Shown piece after piece: positions 1 to 12,660 of a stretch of 64,000 nt of DNA. The first letter of the stretch is position 1. Each line of letters begins with the position of its first letter. This DNA is from Hemiscyllium ocellatum (Eukaryota). A model generated the notes under the pieces. The model searched no databases, had not been told where the DNA came from, and saw only the letters and a program-made list of their open reading frames with translations. The stretch is taken from contig NC_083407.1 of assembly GCF_020745735.1 (NCBI RefSeq), positions 68,067,857-68,131,856 of the forward strand. Direction: 5' to 3'. The position numbers and the translations under genes were made by a program.

Positions 1-1881
1 AGTTATGCTAATTTGGTTGTGTTTTCCTTCAAGTTAGCTCTATGTCATTAGAGCACTTTGTTACCCTAGGTCCTTCTGTCTAACTAATAATTGGCTATTA
101 TTGATATTAATTAACATTTTTTGCACCTTCCCCAGTTTTGACCCAGTATCTGTTTGTAAGTTTAATTACTGTCCCCTATTATATGCCAAAATGTGGGCCC
201 TACAACAGTCACAAACCATTCATCAAAAAGGAAACGAGGCCAATTAAACAGCCAGCCAGACAGTGTCTTGATTTGCTGTTGACTGCTTCTTGATCGCTAT
301 TATAAATTGCTAATAGGGCAGAAACTGCTAAGTACTGCAGCTGTAGGGGGTAGGACTGCTCAGTATAAGTCTGGCGATGGGTGAGGGAGGCCAGAGATGC
401 ATCTACTGATGAGCTCTGCCTATCACTTTGTATTTATTTTGAAGGCTCATAAAGCTACAGTTTACTTCTTTCCTCCTAGAGAGACAATAAAATTAATTTA
501 AGTTAATAATCAGACTGAGTTGTCCCAGTATATACATAATGATTTGAGTTTTAAGCAAAAGTCCAATTGTTCAGGCTACACTCTGGAAGGCACAAAGAAT
601 ATACTCCATCTATTATTCTATAATAAGGGCTGAGACTGAAGGTTTTTATGGCCACAGATCAAGAGATCATAATAGAAGCATATTGACAGACTTTTTTCTC
701 TAATACTCCAGGGGAGCAGCAAGTGTAGGAAAATATATCAAAACACCATCAGCAGCACTTGGATCTACTGTGTAAAATCAATACTGAGCCGTATATGGGT
801 TGAGTTTTAACAGTTCTCCTCAGTCATTTGTACAATGTGCATCTGTGCAGTTTTAGACCCTAGAGGCTGATGTAGCTTAGCAACTGTGAGGCTTACACCG
901 ATTAGCTACAAATGAAGTACTGTATGGCTATCAAAGCAATTGTTCATGGTTGCCTTTGTTGGGAAGATTGAACTAATTGAACATGATACAGTATGAAGTT
1001 AATTAACACCCATGAGTTTGTTAATTGCCTCTCAGCACTACATTCAGGTCTCTAGGCTGCTCTCAGTTCTTTTGGTTTTCAATGCTTTAAGTCCCTCTTA
1101 AACTGCAGGGCCTATTTCTGATAGAATTCAAGCTGCCTTATGATAAAATATTCCTTATGCCTTTGACTGTCAGCAGTGATCAAGATCTTGCTGTTAAAAT
1201 ACATTAATATTGGTAGAAATACTAATTGAATCTAGCATCTGGTCAGCATTTTGCCCACTGTTCACTATTCTCCCTGTTGATTGCATGGTCTAAAAATTAA
1301 AAGTAGATACCCTGATTCCAAGCTGCTATTTCTGAAAGCTTTGGCAGCTCAGCACCCCCCTGCATTATCATATGTATGACTGCATGGGTACTTCAGACTG
1401 ACACTTTAATCCAGACACGTAGTTTAATGTACAAAAGTTAATGTTCCATTATTGTGTTTGGAACATATGCTCTTTAGGATGTGCAGCACTCAGCTGAATG
1501 GAATATTGTAGCCATGTCACAGTTGTTCAGCGAAGGTTCTGAGGTTTCTTTACTGTTTCTTAAGCCTCATTCAATCTATGCTTGTGAGGTTGCTCCCTTG
1601 AGAAAGATTTCTAGTGCCCAATTACAAGTTCTATCATCAATCATAAGTATTATTTATTCAGCAAAATGAATTGCTAATTAATAACTGATGAGCATTATGG
1701 CCTTCAAGTCTGTAAAGCTATTAATTAAGGCTGGCAAGTGGGATTCTGTTCATGATGGGTTACCTGGCAAACTTTCACAACAATTAGTACCAAGGGTTGA
1801 GAGGGCATTCGTCCATCACAATGAAAATCAAAGCATTTTACTTTCCTGTACACTTCAAGAAATTTACTAGGCTATCCAGTT

Positions 1882-2445
1882 ATAGAGTCATTATATTAAA
1901 GAGTGGTTACAGCACAAGAGATGGCCATTTGGTCCAGTTTATCTGTGCCAGCTCTTTGTAAAATCAACTCAGCTCATCCCACTCCCCCACTTTTTTCCTT
2001 TGGCCCTGCAGATGTTTTTCTCTTCAGAAAATTATCTAATTCTTTTTTGAAAACAATGATTTAATTTGTCATTAGAGCAGTGCATTCCAGATTCTAACTA
2101 TATGCAGCATCAATTAAAAAAAGTCACAATTTTTACAAATGGGGATACTTTCTCCCTGTTTGCTCTATCTATCCCCCTCATGATTTTGAATATCTCTGTC
2201 AAATCTCTTCTTAAACCGTTCTTTTCTAAGGAGAACAGTGTACCTTTACCAATCTATTCCACTCTTTTCTATACCTTTTCCATGTCTTTGCATCTTTTCG
2301 AAAAGGTGCTGTCTAATACTGGACATGATACTCTAGTTGAGGCTGAACCAGTGTTTTATAAAGGATCTCTTTATAATTCTCTTTCTTTTGCAGTTCATGT
2401 ATTCAGATAAAACCCAGGATCTGGATGTCACACTAATTATTTTCT
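1882..2445 (-). mobile_element. Old CR1 LINE 3' fragment
   Basis: Starts with the reverse complement of the CR1 3' tail (acagcacaag...ggccatttggtcc); further in, decayed ORF2 C-terminal sequence similar to the CR1 copies at 6674 and 28898. Confidence 0.6.
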
Positions 2446-4123
2446 ATTCCGGGAAAATCTTCTAATTTTGTACATTAAGACACTGTGCATATACAGTCTG
2501 ACTGCATAATAACTGCAGTGTTTGAATGTAACTTAATGGCTGATTAATCCTAAATACTATTACCCTACTCTGACTATATTGGTAACCTTGATTTTTAGAT
2601 GGAAAAATGAACTCATATTTTGCAATCAAACATTATATATTTAAAAGTCCTTCACACATTGCAAAAATGCCAACTGTTTGATGTAGTAATAGCCATATCC
2701 GTTTCATCTAAGTATGCCAAATATGGGATTGCTGCTTCACAATTGAGCTTTAAGCTTAAATTATGTGTTTTACACATTTTGTTTGTGAAATCGTGAATAT
2801 ACCGTAAGTGTATGACAAAATTCAAGCTTGATGAGTGTATTCCAGAAATTGCATTGTCCAAAGACACCAATCACAATTACATATAATCATACAAAATAAT
2901 GGCAGAGAGGAAAAGATTGTCTTGTTCATTCAGCCTGCACAATAATCCTGCTTTAAACTCTTGGGCAAAACAAGAAAAAAAAGATAAAATCTAATTAGAG
3001 AAAACAATTCCTCTTTGACCTTGTTACCTGATCAAATGTAGCTTAGAAGTAGCCCGTTGTACATGCAGCTAACTGAGGCGGCACCTCACCATATTGGTTG
3101 GTCGACTATCCTCATTCCCTCTGGAAATGTAGGGGCCCTGGTTGATCTTGTGTGATGGATCTGGTGGATCTTGGTCTAACAGTAAAAAAGGATCTTATAC
3201 TGTACCAGAAGTAGTTTATTGTATGTTAGCAATTACTTACAAGTTACAGTGCTATGATAGGCATTTGTCCCAGGGACGAGAGAGAGGAACTGGATATCGG
3301 ATGTTATGCCTCTGAGATTCTACGCTGTTCTCCCCACAGTCCCGGTCATAGCATCATAGTAAGTGGTGCTAATAGCATTCCTCATTGTTAACATTTTCAG
3401 ACCTTTATATAAAACATCTCATTCAAGCTTTTTTTCTCATTAATAATCATATTCATTTATGTGAATGACATCATTGTTCACTATCCCTTCTCTTGCAAAT
3501 CGCTGACTTTACAATTTAAGGCAATCTGGGAAATTTCACCATTCTGTTTGGACATGTTTTTTTCTTTGAGCTTGGAAAGCTGTCATTTGTTTGGTGAAGA
3601 ACTGTTGCCTTTCACTCAATTTCTGACAGTTAGAGGTCTTTAGGCTCTTTTAAACTGGTCTGTTTGATTTAGTTCAGAGAGGATGTCTCTTCTTCTTCAA
3701 CAGATAATTTGAATTGTTGGAGCATTGGTCATTCCTTCACAATGGAGGTTTCCAAAGAGTTTATGCAGCATATATTCAATCTGTATCAGCAGCATTTAAT
3801 ATTCAACCTGCCTACAGATCTCTACTGATCTGAGTGGGTTCAACTTCAACTTGTTAATCAGTTTGGACATTCTTATTCACCTTCAGTGATTACTGGTGAA
3901 ACCTGTTGCAAAATTCAGTTATACATGAAAGGGTTGAGAGACATCATACAATAAGCTTCATCCACTACAATATAGTTGACTATTCCTGAGAGGAGCTAAC
4001 CAGAGTTCTATGTGTATTCCATGAGTTCTACAGGTGTTAAATAGAAGGTGTATTGTACATTGGTGATTGTTTTTAGTATTAATAGCATGTAACTGAAGTA
4101 CTAGTGTGTAGTTTCTTTTTAAG

Positions 4124-4383
4124 GTTAGATTCCCTACAGTGTGGGAACAGGTCGTTCGGCCCAACTAGTCCACACTGGACCTTCTAACAGTAATCTAATG
4201 CACCTAATACCATGGACAATTTAGTACAGCCAATTCACCTGATCTGCACATCTTCGGACTGTGGGAAGAAACCCACACGGATAATGTGCAAATTCCACAC
4301 AGACAGTCACCTGAGGCTGGAATTGAACCTGGGACCCTGGTGCTGTAAGGCAGCAGTGCTAACCACTGAGCCACCATGCCACC
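4124..4383 (-). mobile_element. HE1-type tRNA-derived SINE, internally deleted
   Basis: Minus strand begins ggtggcatggtggctcagtggttagcactgctgcc (A box), has a ggttcaattcc B box and ends in a gggaatctaa tail; homologous to 32999-33310 and 60545-60872. Confidence 0.85.
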
Positions 4384-4530
4384 TTAATTGAGTCTGTTGT
4401 CTGACAAAACACCATCATGTATCTCAAATGTAATGTAACTAGCTAAGTAATTTGTAAAGAACCTACTTAATGTTCACCAGAATTGTGTTTATCTTATACT
4501 GAGGATTCATGTGATAAATTGAAATATACT

Positions 4531-4657
4531 TTCCTTATCTGGTCTGGCCTACATGTGACTCCAGGCCCACAGCAATATGGTTGACTCTTAACTGCCCTCA
4601 TCAATATATGTTGGCCCATCCAATGATACCCACATCCTCTGAATGAAAATGAAAAAA
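4531..4657 (+). mobile_element. Deu-domain SINE (SacSINE1/AmnSINE-like) fragment
   Basis: ctggtctggcctacatgtgactccaggcccacagcaatatggttgactcttaactgccctc matches the Deu core as I recall it, followed by a cccacatcc...gaatgaa tail. Confidence 0.65.
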
Positions 4658-5074
4658 CACTCAACAGACTGACCCCGATTAATATAATACAGTACCAATG
4701 TTTTGAACAACGAGTACTCTATCCAAATATATGACAAGCCTAGCTCTCACATGAAGTACCTGGAAAATAAATCTTCAATATTAGTGCCAACAGTTTGTTT
4801 CACACGCCCTTTATTCTCTGAGATAGGTGCCACCTCTTAACATCTAACCTTGCTCTCACACAGTTGAAAATGTTTTCCTTGGTTCTCACTATCAATTTAA
4901 TTGAAACAATCCATCTACGCAAACACAATTCCATCTTTTCCTCATTTTATTCACCTTGATCAAATCATGCTTTAGTCAATGTTTCTGTCATATACCACAA
5001 AGTACTTGACTTCACCATTTGATATTGGCAGGTAGCATCACAACTGATTGCTCCCATGCTACAAAACCCTATCA

Positions 5075-5250
5075 ACATTTGGGTGTGAGTGGATACATAT
5101 TTCACAGCAGAAGTGATAGGCAATGCCCATTTCCAACATGAGAGGATCTAAACATCTTTCCTTGACATTCAATGATATTGCCAAGCCCTCCACATCAAAA
5201 TCCTGCAGAATGACCATTGAGCATGTATTCAACCAGAGCACGAGTAGACC
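5075..5250 (+). mobile_element. Ancient CR1-like LINE RT fragment
   Basis: ggcaatgcccatttccaacatgagaggatctaaacatctttccttgacattcaatg resembles the post-YADD region of the old LINE family also present at 40375-42235. Confidence 0.5.
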
Positions 5251-5261
5251 CTCCAGCTGGA

Positions 5262-5715
5262 GTGTTCTGTCTCATTCTGGACATCAATTTAGGAATGCCA
5301 TAAAGGCTTTGGAGAGAGTGCAGAAACAATTTACTCACATGGTTCAAGAGATGAGGGATTATGGTTACACGAATAGACTGGAGAAGCTAAGGTTTATTTC
5401 CTTACAACGGAGAAAGGTAAGATGGAATTTTACGAAGTAATTTCAAAAATCATGAAAGCTTTACAGTAAATAAAAACAAACATTTCCAATGGCTGAATGA
5501 TCAATAACTAGAGAACACGGCTCAGGATGATTGGAAAAGTACCAGAAGCAACATGAGGAATTACTTTTTTTACAGAACAAAAGAAAGGTAGATATATACA
5601 TGAAGGAAGCAAATACAGGATATGGGGAAAGAGAAGTGTGAATGTAACTAACTGGATTGGTCTTCTTGGGTTCAATGGATTGAATGATGTTTTTCTGAAT
5701 TGTATTATTCTATGC
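5262..5715 (+). mobile_element. CR1 LINE 3' fragment
   Basis: ORF 5123..5440 ends ALERVQKQFTHMV...RLEKLRFISLQRRKVR (CR1 ORF2 C-terminus), followed by a 3' UTR ending attctatg. Confidence 0.75.
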
Positions 5716-5799
5716 TTTTATGAAACAACAACGTAATTACCTCACTACCTGGATCTAGTTAGAAACTGTGTCTTTATGAGCAGTGATATTTTCTAATTT

Positions 5800-5872
5800 A
5801 CCGGTTCAGATATGTTATGACACATCTCTGGAATAGGTGGGACTTGAACCTGGGCTTTCTAGCCCAGAGGTT
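5800..5872 (-). mobile_element. tRNA-derived SINE head fragment
   Basis: Minus strand cctctgggctagaaagcccaggttcaagtccc contains a B box; related heads at about 11880-11975 and 17165-17222. Confidence 0.45.
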
Positions 5873-6435
5873 CTGTAGTGAGTGACTATCCAAGGTTTAA
5901 ATATTTTCAGAAGTATCACAAATTAATGTCCTGATGAGCTTTTGCAATACTCTATGGCTGAGATGATTGGCCTTTAGCAAAATCAATCATTCTCTTTGTT
6001 CTGGATATAGCTGCAATCACGATAAAGATTTTGTCCCCAAAATGTCCATTGACTTCTGGCATCATGTTCAGTCAAATATTATACTAATGCTAAAGCCAGT
6101 GATTCTCACCTCATTTTCAGCTCTTGAGCAGAGCTTGTTAAGAAATCTAGAGCAGAGTTTCCATGCAAAGCCCAGATTGAGCTCTACAAGGTATGTAGCT
6201 GATGCGCATTATAGAATTGTTACAGTGAAGAAGAGGCAATTGAGCCCATCATGGTAAGTTCTCTTACCTAGTGCCAAACTCCTGTCTTTTCTCCAAGGCC
6301 CTTTGAATCATCCAATGCACTTTGAATGCCACAATTGAACTCAATTGAATATGCACTGATTGGTAGAATGTTAATGACTCGTTCCATTATTCTGCTAATG
6401 GACATGGAATACTTGTAATTTTTTTCCCAGCTGCA

Positions 6436-6665
6436 AGCCAGTGCTAATTCTGTAGCCAAAGGTGTATTGAACCAATTTGCCTATGCTAATTCTATAGCAT
6501 AGATCTTCAATAACATATGTGGATGTATTCAGAATCTGTGACATTTCTGGTGCATTATAGCAATTCTTGACATCATGTGGGGTGAACAGCATTGAAAGGT
6601 TGAAATCTGCGTCAGTGTGAAGCAGATTGAAAAGAATCATTTATTTGGCTGGAAATGGTTGAAAA
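6436..6665 (-). mobile_element. Ancient CR1-like LINE ORF2 fragment (probably continues at 8665-8857)
   Basis: ORF 6395..6640 (FTPHDVKN...YVIEDLC...GKLVQYTF) resembles the pre-RT region of CR1-like ORF2; interrupted by a younger CR1 and a solo LTR. Confidence 0.5.
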
Positions 6666-6673
6666 ACGAGCCT

Positions 6674-8660
6674 TAGAACGTAGAAACATAGAACAGTACA
6701 GCACAGTACAGCCCTTTGGCCCATGGTGTTGTGCCGAGCATTTATCCTAATCTAAGATCAACCTAACCTACACACCCCTCAATTTACTGCCATCCATGTG
6801 CTTGTCCAGCAGTCGCGTCAATGTCCCTAATGTCGCTGACTCTACTCCACCGCTGGCAGTGCATTTCACGCACCCTCTGTGTAAAGAACCTACCTCTGAC
6901 ATCTCCCCTATACTTTCCTCTAATCACCTTAAAATTAAGACCCCTCATGACAGCCATTTCTGTCCTCGGGAAAAGTCTCTGGCTATCTATCTATACCTCT
7001 CATTATGTTGTACACATATCAAGTCACCTCACTTCCTTCTTCTCTCCAGTGTGAAAAGCCCTAGCTTACTTAACCTGTCTTCATAAGGCAAGCCCGCTAA
7101 TCTAGGCAGCATCCTGGTAAATCTCTTCTGCACCCTCTCTAAAGCATCTACATCCTTCCTATAATGAAGCGACCAGAACTGGACACAATATTGCAAGTGT
7201 GGTCTAACCAGGGTTTTATAGAGCTTGCGGCTCTTGAACTCAATCCCCATGTTAATGAAAACCAAAACGCCATACACTTTTTAACAACCTGATCAACTTT
7301 GAGTCATCTATGTACGTGGACCCCAACATCCTGCTGTTCCTCCACACCGTCAAGAATCCTATCTTTAACCCTGTATTCAGCATTCAAATTTGACCTCCCA
7401 AAATGAATCACTTTTGCATTTATCTAGGTTGAACTCCATTTGCAACTTCTCAGCCCAGCCCTGCATCTTGTCAATGTCTTGTTGTAGCCTGCAACAGCCC
7501 TCAACACTATCTACAATACCAGTGATCTTTGTGTTTAACCCACCCTTCCACTTCTTCATCCAAGTCATTTAGAAAAACTACAAAAAGCAGAGGCGCAAGA
7601 ATAGATCCCTGCAGGACACCACTGATCACTGACCTTCAGGCAGAATGCTTTCCATCCACTACCACTCACTGTCTTCATTCAGCCAGCTAATTCTGTATCC
7701 AGGAGAAAGTGAGGACTGCAGATGCTAGAGATCAGAGTCGAGAGTGTGTGGTGCTGGAAAAGCACAGCAGGTCATGCAACATCCAAGGAGCAGGAGAATC
7801 AAAATTTCAGGCAGGAGTCCTTCATCAGAAATCCTAATGAAGGGCTCCTGCTCGAAACATTGATTCTCCTGCTCCTCGAATGCTGCATGACCTGCTGTGC
7901 TTTTCCAGCACAAAACACCCACGACTCTTTATTCTGTATCCAGACAGCTAAATTTCCCAGTATCCCATATCTCCTAACTTTCTGAATGCGCCTACCGTGG
8001 GGAACCTGATCAAATGCCTTATTGAAATCCATATACACCACATGCATTGCTCAACCTTCATCAACTTGTCTCGCCATATCCTCAAAGAACACAATCAGGC
8101 TCGTGAGGCATGACCTGCCCTCACAAAGCCATGCTCACTATCTTTAATCAAACTATGTTTTTCCAAATAGTCATAAATCTTATCTCTCAGAATCCTTTCC
8201 AGTATCTTGCTTAACACAGACATAAGACTGACTGGTGTTTAATTCCCAGGAATTTCCCTGTTCCCTTTCTTTAACAGAGGAACATCATTCACCTCCTTCT
8301 AATCATCCGGTACTACTCCCATGGAGAGTGAGGATGCAAAGATCATCACCAGAGGCGCAGCAAACTCATTCCTTGCTTCCTGTAGTAACCTTGGATATAT
8401 ATGGACAAGCCCTGGGGACCTATCTATCTTGATACTTCCCAGAACTTGTAGCACATCCACTTCCTTAATATCAATCTGTTCAAACCTGGTCCATGGTGTT
8501 TTCACTATTAACCAGATCCCTCTCTCTAGTGAATACTGAAGCAAAAAGCTCATTTTGGGCCTCCCCTACATCTTGAGACTCCGGGCATAAGTTCCTTTCA
8601 CTATACCTATTCAGCCCTACCCTCTCTCTGATCATTATCTTATTCCTCACGTAAGTGTAG
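6674..8660 (-). mobile_element. CR1 (HER1-like) LINE, 5'-truncated, decayed ORF2/RT
   Basis: ORFs 8299..8553 (KIDRSPG..IYPRLL), 7799..8047 (VVYMDFNKAFDQVPH), 7377..7568 (LQQDIDKMQGWAEK) and 7029..7277 (LYKTLVRPHLQYCVQFWS); 3' tail at 6674-6700. Confidence 0.92.
7703..7930. mobile_element. Fold-back mini-PLE (inverted pseudo-LTR arms, two degenerate hammerheads)
   Basis: Arms are reverse complements centred near 7830; 13-bp TSD attctgtatccag at 7690-7702 and 7931-7943; inserted in the CR1 RT. Confidence 0.85.
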
Positions 8661-8857
8661 ATTTTTTTTTAGGAAAACCCCAAGGCGTTCTACACTTCTA
8701 CAATTTTACTGGGGCCTGCCATGTTGAACATAGAGATGTTCATGAAATCTCTTCCATTTTTTGCTTGATTGCCCACCACCATTCAAAACTGGATGTGATG
8801 AGATTGAAATGACCTGATTCATTGATAGCATGTAGTCCACCTTTGTAACTTCATTAG

Positions 8858-9604
8858 TGTTACAAGACAGAGGTGAACCCTTCTGCTAATTAAACCAAAC
8901 ACCCAGAAAAGCTCATCTCGCCCATTAATGTATGAGTGACAGAGAACTCCCAAATTTCACTATTTAAAGAAAAAACTTCAATTTATTATTTAAAGTGAAC
9001 ATTAAACAATAACTATTTACAACTTTAAGCCCCCTTTCTCTTAACTACTTATCTACCTGAAACTCTATAACAATATACTGTTCTAATAAAAGTACATATT
9101 AAAAGTATATCAACTTAATTTCAAAGCCACACAGCTGCTGTAATCAGTGTGTGTCTTCCTCTGGCTGTAGATCTCCCAGGGTCAATGTCAGTCTTTTGCT
9201 GCAAAGATGTTTCGTATGAAAAAGGTACCTTTGATAGAGAGTGTTTTGCTGGCAGTTACTCTGGTGATGGCAGTTGGTCTCTCTTTCGCTCTCTCTCTCG
9301 CTCTCTAACTGTCAAAATCTCTGCTTCTTTATACTCCCAATATTGGAACATCTCATTGGCTTGATGTTGGAAAACCAATGAATTCAAAATCAATTGTTTT
9401 TTTAGTATCCTGGGGTATAATTTAAACTGATTGGTTCAATTTGAATTGTTGTAAAAATAGCAACCAAAACTCAGGTATTTGTTTCCCAGCCAAATGTTCA
9501 GCTACTCTCTGAGACTGTTAGTCAGTCACAAGACAGGTGCCTGCAAGCTATCAGTGCAAAACAGCTTTTACTCTCTCTTAAAGGTACAGTACACCTTCAT
9601 AACA
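8858..9604 (-). mobile_element. Solo LTR related to the Gmr1-type LTR at 53827-54625
   Basis: TGTTA...TAACA termini; flanks ttag/tcag (possible 4-bp TSD with one mismatch); reverse complement of 8858-8910 aligns to 54575-54625. Confidence 0.75.
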
Positions 9605-11460
9605 TCAGTTTGGTTGATAGCTTCAAGTGGCAGAAGCTTTTTTGTCATGTTCGACCCTGAGGCTTCATTGGTCCTGAAGAATCCGAGGGCCAATCCACCA
9701 CTTTAATTAGTAACCCACTAGGTTTTTAACAATTTTTAGTTTCTGTTGCTTTTTCACACTGAAATAAAAATGCTATGTTAGGATTTGAACGACCACGTTA
9801 GTGTTAATGAATGAGAAAGTCACACAGAAGCTATGTGCTTAAGTTTCTGATGAGCAATATTTAAACTTTTAAGAAAAAAAGCGTAACAAAGCTAATTAAC
9901 TGTATCTTCAGGAGAGAAATGTATGCCTTGGGTGAAGTTTCAGTTTTGACTAAATTATTCACTATAACTAATGACAACAGAAATTGATCAGTAAAGAAAA
10001 ATCAGCACAAAAAAACATCCAAAACTGTATTCTATTCATGTAAATCGGGGAAAATTAACAATGTGAATCTTTGAGATCATGCATCACAGTGCAAAGAAAT
10101 CCAAAACAATTTAAACATGAAATGGCTTAGTGAATAACAGTGCTTGGGATCAAGACATTCCTTGTTTTTGGTTTGAATGCAATGTTTTACTCAGGTCATT
10201 GGTGAGTTCTTACTATTGACTGCAGTAGTCTCAGAGTCAGAAGAAATGTAAGACAGAATGTCATCCTGTGCTGAAACGTATATTGAGGTGGAGTGTGTAT
10301 AAGCTCCAGGCTCAACATCAAAATTCTCTTCAACCTAATAGGGCCCCAACACTCTAAGCATATGTCTTTAGCCAAATGTCCATGGACACTGTATTAAGAG
10401 GTTGATATAACACGTACCATCAAAAGATGCCTACTCTCGAAAGGGGAAAAAAGAATTGAGAAACAGCATTCTTGAAGCTGAATGAAAATTGTGATCCAGC
10501 GGTAGCATGGAGAAACGACACGTAACTTTTCAAATGCCTGCAGATATAACTGCAATATTATTTTGTCTTTCAAAAAAGCTACACAATAAATTTGAAGTGC
10601 ATACTAAAGTCATCTAATTTCACAGTGTTAATGGATCAGACACCAATTGTCACACTGTAATTTCTGCTGTTTCATAATTTGCATTCTGCTTACTATGAAT
10701 TTACAAAACATTTGAAACTAATCCCACGATCTAACTCTAATGGTACAAACATGATAATGAAAGTTAAAGGAGCAAAATTATTTGAGGAAATGAAGAAAAT
10801 TTGGCATTAACAATGTAAAATGTAAAAAACTCAGCTCAAGTGCAATATATTATGGTCTGCTGTCACTTATATTTCAATCTTTACATAGAGATCTTTCCCA
10901 CTGTCTAATTTATTATGAACAGGATCTCGCAGAGAAGTTGATAAACAGTATGGATAAAATTAATGTCTGAGCTGACAAAATAAGCAAATACAATTAATGT
11001 CATCCAACAATTAAATCTTAGAATAGAGATGAGTTTCTACTTTTGCTCAGTAAACCCTTGATACAATTAATATAAAAATGATGACAAATTTTGTTATTTA
11101 CTTTTAAATTTCCTCTGATTGAATAGAATATATTTATAACTTTATTGTATGTCTGAGGCTAAATCCAACACTGATGACAATAAAATGACCATACTTTAAC
11201 TCACTGTTTCAAAAGAGCATGTTTTCCTGTCAGCACCATATATGCATGTTATCCCCAGAAATCTTTTAAAGCTGCAATATATTGCCATGATTATCTCCAA
11301 TATTTAACGTAAAGTGACCTTTTTAGTAACATCAGATGTAATGAGAATTTTTTACCTTGGGCTTTCACCATCTTTGGATAAACTAGCATTGGCAAATAGA
11401 TTAGTGTTACAGGGAACTGATACTTGAGAGAGAAGAAATGATTGATAAGTTTCACAGTAT

Positions 11461-11579
11461 GAGAGTGTGGTGCTGGAAAAGCACAATGGGTCAGACAGCA
11501 TCCGAGGATCAGGAGAATTGACATTTCAGGCATAAGTCCTTCATCAGGAATCCTCACTTTAGCAGTCCTCACTTTTTCC
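11461..11579. mobile_element. Mini-PLE: antisense pLTR arm with hammerhead plus short sense tail
   Basis: 14-bp TSD aagtttcacagtat/aagcttcacagtat (11447-11460, 11580-11593); minus strand attcCTGATGAaggacttatgcctGAAAtgtc at about 11516-11551. Confidence 0.8.
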
Positions 11580-12660
11580 AAGCTTCACAGTATATTGAGT
11601 TGACATGAAGCTTAGGTATGCAACAGCGGTCCAGTTAGGGTTGCTTTTCTGAGGTTAAGATAAAAGGATTTGATGGGTTATATTGCCAGTGGTGGTTGTA
11701 TGGTACAGATAACTTGGGAAGTCGGAGTTACTGTGACACCATGCACGTTCTGGAGTCTGACAATATGAATGGTATTGGTAGATCCTCCAATTTTCTTTAT
11801 ATTGCATGGCTGGGCAGAAATCTCTCTGATTCTTACCAACTGCCATTGACACGTTGGAAGGTTATGCAGGCTGATGAAAAATTTGTTTGCTCATGTTATG
11901 AATACACCTTCCTTCGCTTGGATCTTCTGGTACAGAGGCTGTGATACTATCTATGGTGCCACAAGATCGCCTCCATTGTCCCCAGTAGAGTGTTTATATT
12001 ATCACAAACATTTAAACAATCTAAAATATATATGTTCTTATAAACAATTCCAAACTACACTTCACCTTTATGTGGATCACAGAGCACTGACCTCTAACCA
12101 GAATTGCAGCTACACAATATTTTACTATCAGTGTCAATCAGTGTCACTCTATTCTTATGAATTTCTGAGATGAATTTGATGATTATAGTCAATGATTCTC
12201 GATTTTCTGTGTGATGCTGCATCAGGGAGCTGACTGATGCCTCTATGCAAGAAGGGAGACCTTCTCAGTGCTTTCTCTAAGCCAATAAACCAGGAGAAGC
12301 AGGCACCTTGTTTATGGCGGATCTGATTGTGACCTTAACTCCATTATCCTGCCTACCTCTCATAACACTTGACACTCTTGTCAGGGTAGCAAGCTTTGCA
12401 ATGGTTCATAGCAAGTTATGATTGGCACAAACCTGGTTGTGTGGGTGCTACCTCTCAGTGGGGAGTTCTAACAGAATACACGGGGTTGAACCCATACTGA
12501 ATATTCAGTTGGTGTGACTATGCATGAAGCATCATTGTAAATTATCTTGGAATTGGCAATCTATTGTGTTCATAAAGACCTCATTAAATTAGGTAGGCTT
12601 CTACCCATAGGAACAGATTGAAACCATGACTCAGACGAAAAGGCATAAACTTCAAACGAT

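Noticed and set aside
4124-4383. tRNA gene (also heads at 33310, 43369, 60545)
   Set aside because: A/B boxes belong to SINE heads followed by SINE bodies and tails; no complete cloverleaf seen.
10195-10201. 7-nt micro-exon (ttttactcag GTCATTG gtgagt)
   Set aside because: Frame-shifting length, no supporting neighbouring exons, and expected by chance in 64 kb.
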